Shown here piece after piece: positions 38,503 through 49,177 of a stretch of 64,000 nucleotides of DNA. The notes below the pieces were generated by a model, which made no database searches, was not told where the DNA came from, and saw nothing but the letters and a program-made list of their open reading frames with translations. Position 1 is the stretch's first letter. Every line of letters begins with the position of its first letter. The DNA lies in assembly GCF_006345805.1 (NCBI RefSeq), contig NC_043000.1, forward strand, positions 130,882,001 to 130,946,000, written 5' to 3'. The position numbers were made by a program, and so were the translations under genes. Source of the DNA: Octopus sinensis (taxonomy: Eukaryota).

Positions 38503-40406
38503 ATGGATTTGTCTGGTTGTCAGACCGGAGACGAGGAGATTTCGCTTGCTCTGATTGTGGAGATGTTAAGGGGCCAGATGGCGCAGACGGACGCGTTCGT
38601 GGAGAGAATGGACAGGAGGCGACAGGCCTGTGGGCAGATCAGCGGGAGCTTGAGGTTGCGGATGGGTCAGCTTTGAAGGATCGGTGTTGGACCGAGGATA
38701 GCGACGGTCCTGTGGGCAGAGATTGCCCGTCGAACGAAGCATCGAGGGAAACAGATAGTGAAGGAAGTGTTGCCGAAATCTGTGATGCTGGACCGGCTGT
38801 GTTTGCGGAACCTGGGCTGGTTGCCGAAATTTGTGACGCTGTACCCAAGAAATCTTGTGATTTGGAACCCGTAGAGGTTGAAGTAACCAAAAGGCCTGTG
38901 GAAGGTGTTATGGCTGATGCTGTTGTTCCGTGTCTGGAGCCCTTGGCATCTCGACCCCTGTCTCTCGGAGCTCAGGACGAAGAGCTGGCGAGGACTGGGG
39001 CGAATGTCGCTGAGTCCGAAGTTCCGGCTCTGTGTGTGATGGTCGCGGCAGGTGCTATGCCGTGTGCGGGTCCTTTGGTGTCTGGACCCCTGTCTCTTGG
39101 GGCCCAGAGGGACTGTATGGTTCCCACTGTGGAGAGGCCACAGGCGTGGATGGACTGGCGGCCGAGCGTGCGTGTTGTGAGGCCTGCGGTACGGAAGATG
39201 GTGAGGAAAAGGACCAGGCCCGTTGACGAGGCGAGACGGCTGCGAACGGTGGTGGGTCCACCGAGTCCAGGAAGACTACTTCAGCGTTGGGTGAGCTTTG
39301 TGGTTGATGGTTGCTTGGGGCCGGTGGAGCCCGACAGGCAGTGCCTAGTGAAAGCTCGATTGAGGGTCGGGTGGACCCTAGTGGAAGCAGAAGCTGGTGG
39401 AGCGCTGGCTGGGTCGGCCGATCTTTTGGAAGTGGCACAGGCGATTTGCAGAAGGCAAATCGAGGAATCGTGCCCGATGGCGAGCCAGTGGTGGGGCCAG
39501 TTCTGCCGATACGGCAACGCAGTTGAAGGAGGTGGTGGCCCACGGATGCAGTTGAGGAAGCGGTCCGCAAGGAGTCGCTGGTGCTTTGTTGGCACTTGGG
39601 GGAGCTCTGTATTTGATGGTTGCGTGGGGCCGGTGGAGCCCGACATGCAGTGCGGAGTAAGAGTTCAATTGAGGGTCGGCTGGACCCTGGTGGAGGCAGA
39701 AGCTGACAGAGCGCTGGTTGGGTCGGCCGAGTTATTGAAGGCTGCGCAAGCGATTTGCAGAGGGCAAATCGTGGAACTGCGCCGGACGGTAAACCAGCGG
39801 CGGGGTCAGTTCTGCCGGTGCAGTGATGAAGTTAAGGGAGATCGTGGTCCGCTGATGCAGTTGCGGAAGAAGCAACCGTTGGTGAAAAGTGCAGGACGTT
39901 GGTCGCGAGGGTTGTTGGATGCTGGTCGCACGGACCTGGCAGAACGTTTCGTCGACCAAGGCGGTCGTTGCTTGAGGAAGCAGCGAGGCCGGAGGAAAGT
40001 CCCAGTACGGCAGCGCAAGAGGAGATATCGGCGACGGGGAACAGTGGAAAAGCGGAATGGTCCGTGGTCGTCAGCGATAATTGCGCGGAATGGGGATGGC
40101 ACAGCGAGGTGCTACGTGGGTTATAGAGCCCTGAGGAAGGTGGCCACTGTGAAGGATTGGCCGGACCCTTCCTGTGTAGGGGATTTGAGGAACTTCCTCG
40201 GATGGTGCGCCTATTGTGGGCGGCTAGTAGGAAGCCTGGCGGCGTTGGCGGAGGTGTTACCCAAGCCGCAGAGGGAAGGTGCCAACCTGTGGCTGGTGCT
40301 GAAGTGGTGGCCGTGGGAGGTGAGACCACCGGAGGAGAAACCACCCAAGGGGACCTCCAGTTCCTGGAGAGTCTGCTGGAGCTCGCCCTCGGAGGTGCGA
40401 GTTTAG
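38503..40406 (+). CDS. Gag/pol-derived ORF (~634 aa if one frameshift near 38627 is repaired), no RT catalytic core
   Basis: ATG 38503 frame ends at 38676; overlapping frame open to 40406; eroded gypsy motifs PWSSAIIARNGDGTARCYVGYRAL and VKDWPDPSCVGDLRNFLGWCAY; 309-bp internal duplication. Confidence 0.6.
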
Positions 40407-40447
40407 TATGTTTTTGTCGGGTCGACAAAAGCTTAGGTAGGGGGTAG

Positions 40448-41544
40448 TGTTACGGGTTTAACTAGTGCAGTGTTTCTGACCCACATAGGAATAATGGCAC
40501 CATCATGTCTGGTGAAAATGTGACAGTCTTTTGTCTAATGGAGGACTGATGGGTTTTGGAATGACCTGTGACCTCGTGCGGCTGAGAAGAGGGTCAGTGA
40601 GAATGTGAAAGAGGAAGACAGATTAAGGGAATCTAAGAGCAGATGGAGAGGGTATTGACAGTAAGAGAGAAGGACAGGCAGAGAGTATGGTAGAGCTGTC
40701 ATGAGAGAGATAGAGTATAAGACTAAGGGACAGTTAGAGAGGGTATGAGCGGTACAGAGGGAGATGAGGGAGTGGAAGAAGCACAGAGACGAAGTGAGGT
40801 CTTGGCAGTCGTTGAGCGGTCGTCGAGGAACACAGACGGATCTTGGAGTCGCTGGCCGGTCCTCGAAGAAGACAGACGGATTCTGGAGGTCAGAGCGAGT
40901 AGATGGAATCTTGGAAGCGTTGGAATTCTTAGGAGCAAGTTGGATGCGAGAAAGCTTGGCGGCACAGAAGGGAATTAGCAGTATTCGAGGAATTAGCAGT
41001 ATTGAGAGGAATGGGACACTGGCAGATTCAATTAGGAATTGAGGTATGTGTTTGTGCATTGATATGTTTCACGGTGTATTGAACAGTGAAAAGAACAGTC
41101 AAGGACTCTGTCGATGTGGTCGATAAAGGACATTGTGAAGAAGAAGAGTAAAGGACTTGTTGATTGTGATGTTTAGGAAGAGACTTTAAAGAACTGTTGT
41201 CTTGGGACGTGTACTCTTGAATTGTTACATGATGTTGTATTATGCTTTGAGTTGTACTCTTGAAATGCTGTTGTGTTATGTATTGAGTAGTCACGTGCAT
41301 GCTTTGATGTATCTTGATGTTGTAACAATTGTAATTGTCGTATAAACTGTTGTTTGAATATAAGCCAGTGTTGCCAGTTGTTGCCTTGCCTCTTTGGGTT
41401 GTATCTCGGGTTGTGCCTCTGTATCTCTGTGCTGTTGAGGTTGTGGCAGTATCTATCTGTATCTCCTCTCTCCGCCTCTTTGGGTTCCGTGGCGGAACTT
41501 GTGTGAGCCGTTCGGGACGGGCGACGACGGGTGATTCCGTAACA
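40448..41544 (+). repeat. 3' LTR (1097 bp)
   Basis: Contains an 18-bp duplication (~40986-41003); last ~98 bp differ from the 5' LTR. Confidence 0.95.
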
Positions 41545-42477
41545 ATATATTCTTATTGATCCAGCGGTTTGTAATCTAACTACAATTGCTTGGTTTTGTG
41601 CGTACGTACGTGTATGTATATGTCTGAGTGAATGGACATGTGTAAATGGCTTTGTGTACATGTGTACGTTTGGCCATGCATGTGTCTGCGTGTATATGTG
41701 CATGGTGTTAAATTGAAGGCCTTAAACTCTGCTTCAAACTGGAATCATGAAAATATACATTTCGTTTCAAATTTCTGGCTATTCTATTAGATAAGTGAAT
41801 GATAATGTGACATCAATAAGACATAATTGTTGAATTACGAGAAACCATTCTAACCTTTCTTTGCCTTTGTTCCAATTTTAGAGGAGCAATGTCACAGCTT
41901 GAAGATTCATTAAGATTATGTCTTTAAGGTCAGGCGATTGGACATTTTCGAAACCTCTGCCTTTAGATATTTCTCTAAAGGTGAGTGTGTGCTTGAGTAT
42001 ATCTCTGATCTGGGGTGAATGCTAGAGAAAAAGGAGATACTGAGCAAAATAAGAAAATGCAGGAGTGTGTGAGAGGGAAAACATGAGTGTGTGACAGAAT
42101 AAGCAAAGTGCGCATTTGTGTTGGCGAACATGGCTATACTTTCACTGTGCATATATTCATGAATCTATTTTAAATGTTAAATGTGTTTCAACAAATACTC
42201 GGTTGCTAACAGTATATTTACATAGAAACATACATACATACATACATACATTCTTATACATACAAAAATACCCTGCTGATGTTGAAATTTCAATGAAGGG
42301 AACTTGGATCTAGGTTAGAAACCAACTCTTACTCTACTGGCAAAAAATCTTGAGATACAACTAAATAATGACACACACAAACACACATAAATATACACAC
42401 ATATACACACACATACATACATATGCACACACACACACGCACACACACGCACATACACACACACACACATATATATA

Positions 42478-42529
<52 letters not shown>

Positions 42530-42531
<2 letters not shown>

Positions 42532-43511
42532 CTAAGCAATAAAGGGTTTAGCAACGAATTGCCTTACCACATACCGAATTTAGAAATAGCAGTCAAAGAG
42601 TTATAGCTATTTCTTCTACTAAAAAGGGAGATCTCAGTAAAAACAGCAATTGGAAGGCAGACACAAACAGGTAAGAGAGAATGAATTGACGGCAATCTAT
42701 CATACAATTTTAAGTTATCTACGGACGTACGTTTCGAAATCAAGTTTTTAGGAAAGCATAAGAATTAAATATTAAATAATTCTATCTCACCAAAACCTCT
42801 TTTCTCTTCAGCGTAGAATACTATAATCATAAATGATTATATATTGAATTTTGAGATACTAGGAGGCACCAACTCAACTCAGTATCAGAGCGAGCTAGAA
42901 TCCGCAACTAGTATCACCAAATCCAATGTGTGAATGAAAAGATTGTGTCACCATCCCCTTCCCACCCGCGTGTAGCCAAAACAAGATGCTGTGGTCATCT
43001 ACTGAGATAAAATATGGTTATCCGTAATAATGAAGGGTGAAATTAATTAATTAATTAATTTGGAATAATTATCAATTACACCAAGTAGTCTTCGGCATGT
43101 AAAAGCCTCATTCGAGGAAAATTTAAGTAATACTAAGCAATAAAGGGTTTAGCAACGAATTGCCTTACCACATACCGAATTTAGAAATAGCAGTCAAAGA
43201 GTTATAGCTATTTCTTCTACTAAAAAGGGAGATCTCAGTAAAAACAGCAATTGGAAGGCAGACACAAACAGGTAAGAGAGAATGAATTGACGGCAATCTA
43301 TCATACAATTTTAAGTTATCTACGGACGTACGTTTCGAAATCAAGTTTTTAGGAAAGCATAAGAATTAAATATTAAATAATTCTATCTCACCAAAACTTC
43401 TTTTCTCTTCAGCGTAGAATACTATAATCATAAATGATTATATATTGAATTTTGAGATACTAGGAGGCACCAACTCAACTCAGTATCAGAGCGAGCTAGA
43501 ATCCGCAACTA
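42530..43511. repeat. Direct repeat of 381 bp (42530-42910, 43131-43511) around a 220-bp spacer
   Basis: One mismatch seen; unit start is related to the repeats at ~30003 and ~17015-17080. Confidence 0.9.
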
Positions 43512-43526
43512 CTGGATAGATGCATA

Positions 43527-43606
<80 letters not shown>

Positions 43607-43741
43607 GCATCTATCCAGTATATATATATATATATATATTGGATGGATGCATAATTAACGACCGGTCTTTATTCTAAATTTATTCGAAAATAAACAATGA
43701 AACAGCAAAATAAAATAAGACGGTCATTAATAATGCACCAA

Positions 43742-43795
<54 letters not shown>

Positions 43796-43997
43796 TATAT
43801 ATATATCTGTGCGTATGTGTTTGGTGTGTGTGTGTGTGTGTGTGTGTATCTGTTTCACTCAAGCATAGCGATATTTAATAACCAGGTGTTAGAACTTAGT
43901 ATACATCAGAATAAAGAGAGTTAATCGAGTACAGAGCGTAATATGACAATAAATATATATGCATCTGTAAGTCTGGGTGTGTTTGTGTATGCATGCA

Positions 43998-44185
43998 CGT
44001 ATGTATGTATGTATGTATGTATGTATGTATGTATGTATGTATGTATGTATGTATGTATGTATGCGTGTGTGTATGTATGTATGTATGTATGTATGTGTGT
44101 ATGTATGTATGTATGTATGTATGTATGTATGTATGTATGTATGTATGTATGCATGTATATATATATGTATGTATGTATGTATGCA
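43998..44185. repeat. (TATG)n microsatellite
   Basis: Seen directly. Confidence 0.95.
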
Positions 44186-44588
44186 AGCTTCAAGCCAGTT
44201 CATATACGCTAGAGATATATTTGAGTTTGTAAAAAATTTTCACTGTAGTTTGTCCAGAAAAAAAGATAAAAAAGGTGCTAAAACACGATAATCAGCTCAG
44301 AGCGCCCTACGTTGGACTGATGGATGCATTTTGAACTCGTTCGTTCCTTTCAACACCACATAGCAAGAGAAGCGACTCTGAACAGTATAGGGAGTTTTGC
44401 TATGGTTATCGTAAATCACTAAATATATAGCGGTTGTGCCCATTGCCCGCCAGGCCGAAACAAATCCATGGGTAGATGCAAAAAGCAATAGCGGAATGTA
44501 AGATCAGTTCTTTTCTGTCTTTTTCTTTGCACTGCTCGTTAAATCACATTAATGAGAGAACAAGCAGGTTTGGGAGGTATGGCTGTAA

Positions 44589-44632
44589 ACTTACCTGTAA
44601 GAGTAAAAAAGTAAAATATGGTAAAAGAAACA
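44589..44632 (-). promoter_or_regulatory. Candidate recursive splice site (acceptor fused to donor)
   Basis: Minus strand TTTCTTTTACCATATTTTACTTTTTTACTCTTACAG|GTAAGT; junction 44595/44594. Confidence 0.45.
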
Positions 44633-44990
44633 TTAAAAATAGATGATACCATATTGCACATTTTACTGACTCAACTGCTTCTAATAATTCACTTATACAC
44701 TACTGGGCTGTGTTGTTTGAATTTATACTTTTTATTTCCAGTTTTTATTTTACCATATTCTTTTCTTGCACCGCAGAAGAGTCGACTATTTTGCTCTTTT
44801 CTTCACTATCATCTGAAGATTGGAAACGAGAAACTCGGAGCAACAATTTGAGAAATTTTCATCTCCCAATAAGCCCGATAAAAATTTCCGTGTCGTACTG
44901 AGTTCTTACATATCTACTTCTTTGCCCTTTTTCGCTAAAAGGAAATGTATAGATACATACATAGAAACATACATGCATACATACATACAT

Positions 44991-45029
<39 letters not shown>

Positions 45030-46776
45030 CACGCACGTAAAAGCGGTGCATCAGCATGGTGCAGCTATGAGCTGAAACTACAGCAAAAATAATACTTACG
45101 TACATACATACAAACATATACATATACATGTATACGAGTACATGCTTGTATATATCAAGGTGCATAATACATGCATGAGTGCGCATGTATGTATCTGTAT
45201 GTGTATAAGTATATACATACATATATGTGTGTGTGAGTGTGTGCGTGTGTATGTATTTGTGTTTGTGTGTGTATTTGCATAACATACATGCAAACATTCA
45301 AATAAACATAGATATAAGCATTCATGCACCCCACACAGAAACAAACATACATATATATATATATATAATAAAGACTATTTTTTAACCATTAGCATCTTAA
45401 GAATTGTTTGTGTTGAAATTAAATTCTAGGTGCCAAAACGTAGTACAGAATTACTACTCCATTAGAGAATTTGTAATGAAATAAATATTTAAACGAAAGT
45501 ATTTGGCTGGTTTTTTCCTAAGCTGTTAATGTTTATTGTTATGACTATTTTCTATTGCAGCTTTTGTGGGCACTACAGCTGTTACGGCAGCAGATTTTTT
45601 TGTTGATTTTTCTGTCTTGTTTTAAAGTGAGTGAAAGGAAAAAAATAATAATAATAGTAAAGTCGTTGTTTATCGATTTGATAGGACATCTGTCTCCTGA
45701 TAACCAAGGAGACAAAGTTTTTTAGACTGGAACTGGCTTTCCATTGTTATTTTTTTATACTTTAATCTAAAAATGAAGAACAACGCTGATGACCTTTTCG
45801 AAGGTTGGTTGGGAGAAGAAGAAACCAGAATGCTTTTATCTAATGTCTACAATAGAGAAGACAAAATGTCTGGTGGTTTTGTTAAAGTGGGAAACAGATC
45901 AAAACTACCACCTGGTATTAAACTGGAGGGTAAATTAAGGTTATGGCCCTCTAATGCTCTTACATCAATGATTCCACACCTTTTTCTATGATCAACATCC
46001 CTAGGAAATTTTCACATTCCCTCCAAAACTAATTTTACATAAGAAATAATTCTTTCTAACTTTGGAACATGGAGGGCAATTTTCAGGAGAATGGACGAGA
46101 ATTAGGCTGCATTGTCCCCAGTACTCGACTGGTTTTTATTTTATCGATTTCTGGAAAGATAAAAAGCAAGTCGATCTTGGTGATATTTCAACTCAAAACA
46201 CAAAGCCGGAAGAAATGCTGTTGCACAGTTTGCCCGAAGTGCTAACGATTCTGCTAACTCACCACCTTCACGTATGAAATAATAAAAAGTCAATTTTCTA
46301 ATAATAACTTTAATTAAATTTCATAGAGTAATGTCATTGAACAAAATGAACTCAAAAAATATGTTTTTGACAGTCTTTAAACTGCAAATGCAAATTGGAC
46401 AATTAAAAAACTGAAGAGAATCACAACAGTAAAAATAAGTTCAATTGTGCTTTAGCTCCTGCTTGGCATTCATGACTTTATCAACAGTTCGTAACAATAT
46501 GAAGCATTTTCCATAGCCAAGGCACGACTCTCACAAGCTAAGTCTTTATAACACTAAATAGGAAGAACTGTATAATTAACGAGTGCTTCGCTAGAATTCT
46601 ATATTAATGAATACTAACCCCTTGAATTGAAAGAAAACAAAAGAAGCTTCTCCCGGAATTAGATTCGAATTAGAGCCGCCATTCGTTTTTCGACCTTGCC
46701 ATTGCTTTCTACTATGAGTTCAAATTACAGGCTACATGTGAAGAGTGATGAGCAACAATCTATCCAAAGATAAATA

Positions 46777-47077
46777 TAGTAATGCTTCGCCATATCGCGG
46801 TTCACCTATCGCGGTTTATTATATAAGCTTACGGCAATTCCTCCGTAGTGTTGTTTTGCATTTATAATAAAATAAATATAAACAAATTATAAAAATAATA
46901 ATAATAAATATATAGGCGTAGGAGTGGCTGTGTGGTAAGTAGCATGCTTACCAACTACATGGTTCCGGGTTCACTCCCACTGCGTGGAAGCTTGGGCAAG
47001 TGTCTTCTACTATAGCCTCGGGCTGACCAAAGCCTTGTGACTGGATTTGGTAGATGGAAACCCGTCGTATATATTTA

Positions 47078-47154
<77 letters not shown>

Positions 47155-47461
47155 GGGTGGTTGTATGTCTGTGTTTGCCCCCTCAACATCGCTTGACAAC
47201 CCATGGTGGTGTGTTTACATCCCGTAACTTTGCGGTTCGGCAAAAGAGACCAATAGAATAAGCAGTAGGCTTACAAAGAATAAGTCCTGGGGTCGATTTC
47301 CTCGACAAAAGCCGGTGCTCCAGCATGGCCACAGTCAAAATGACTGAAACAAGTAAAAGAGTAAAAGAGTAAAGCGAGTACAGTACTGTTTCTACTTCAC
47401 GGATTTTCACCTACCGCGAGATTTTTGGAACGCAACACCCGCGATAGTCGCGGGATTACTG
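46777..47461. mobile_element. Tigger/pogo-like MITE interrupted by a SINE
   Basis: TA flanks; TIRs TAGTAATGCTTCGC / CGCGGGATTACTG. Confidence 0.65.
46915..47377 (+). mobile_element. SINE family A (full length)
   Basis: Head, (TA)n centre, GTAAAAGA-repeat tail. Confidence 0.9.
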
Positions 47462-49034
47462 TACATCATTCATCAGGTGTTACGCAACTACAACAACGAC
47501 AACAAAACGAACAAATAACTGCATGTTCTTTATCATTTCTTGTAAGAAAATCGAAGTATTTAATAATTAACGAACTTTCTCAAGAAACTTAACCTATCAA
47601 TGAAGCTCATATAACATTGTTTTCTTATATAGATATATCAGATTAGTTTACGAGAGAAAATACAAGATGATACTTTGCTCGAGCGCCTAAAATATTAGTG
47701 ACATTAATAGGCTGGAAGTTTACCGATTCAAAAGTGAAACGAGCTTGCAGATTTTGTATACTGCAAAAATAACGTCACAAAATGTATTTGTGTATAAAAT
47801 TGCTCTGCGAATAGTTTCAGAGATAATTTACATAAATGGTTTAAGTTTTTACTAGGGAAAAGCTATTATTGCAGATGACAAATGGATGTTTCGATAAAAG
47901 TTTCTATCTTTTTTTTTTCTTTTTTATTGCTTAGTTCCAAAGTTTTGAAATTGCAACTGTAAAATATTGTTTGTGACGTCATTTCAATAAAATATTTATG
48001 TTATAACTTCGTTTTATTGTAAAAGTTTTCCTCATCATAAACATTCATAATTTTTATATTGCTTCTACATATCTTGGATATTTTTACAGACTGTAATCCT
48101 GATTATTTTATTCATTCTTTTCTATATTTCCCGATGGACAATTCAAATAATTCCCTGACGGTTTCTTAAACACGGTTTGGAATCTATAAAATTTAAACAC
48201 GCTTATATGCAGCTGTTGATATACTTACAGATTAAAACGAACATTATTTAGTCTAGCGTTATATATAACCACATAAATACACACATACAGAAAGTAAAGT
48301 AAATGGATATCCGTCGGTTTCGATGGTGAGTACACCAGTTGTTCAATCAACTGAACTTTTGGCTTCAAATTTTGGAACAATGCCAGCAATTTGAGGAATG
48401 GGATACATTGGATACAATGGGATTACATTGGCCTCAGTGTTCATTCAGCTGGTGCTTATTTTATCGAAGCCGAAAGTATGAAAGGCAAAGTCAACCTCGG
48501 TGGAATAACTGAGCGAATCTTATTGAAAAAAAACATCTATAGGACTGAGTAATCCACAAACCCGGAAGTTCTCAAAGTGATTATCGGGCAAAATCAACCT
48601 TATAAGGTGACTGACAAAGCGAGGTCTTTGAATTACAGCTAAATTCCATTCGATGGAGTTAGTTTCCGACAAAGTATTTAAGTGGCGGGTTGAAGTGGAC
48701 CGATACACTTCCAAGATGCTAATCCGCGGAATCGATCCCGGACATCTCGTGATTGCGAAGAGACCTTCTTAACCACTCAACCACACACGTACTCACACAT
48801 ATATTTCTAGTATTTATATAATAAGTATTTTCTGCGTGTCGATGTCTTAACGTTCTGTTTTGGAGAGAAATAAATTGAAATGGAACAGGGTGCGTTCAGC
48901 AATATTCTTTATGGTGGACCTGTATTTAATTTCCACCCTATTTTATCGGTCCTGGAAGGCTGAAAGACAAAGGTAACAATGGCAAGATTTTAACTCAGAA
49001 CGTAAACATAACTAAATAGCGCAATGAATCTTAC

Positions 49035-49177
49035 CTGATGCCCTAATGATTTTTGTCAGTCTTTTAATTTTTGCTGAGTATTACAAGTTATGGTTGGTAG
49101 CAGAATTGGATTTAGCAGAAAACTCAAACAATAGAGTTCATGTTCTTTTCAAGTCCCCAACACATGAGGTTATGAAA
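49035..49177 (-). other. Candidate non-coding exon (143 nt)
   Basis: Acceptor TTTCTTGCTTTTCATTATAATGCTTCTTCAG and donor CAG|GTAAGA; stops in all three frames. Confidence 0.35.

Larger units (their letters stand above)
37344..41544 (+). mobile_element. Non-autonomous Ty3/Gypsy-type LTR retrotransposon
   Basis: LTRs 37344-38444 and 40448-41544 with TGTTACG...CGTAACA ends; 4-bp TSD ATAT; PBS; PPT AGGTAGGGGGTAG at 40435-40447; 2003-bp internal region. Confidence 0.95.
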
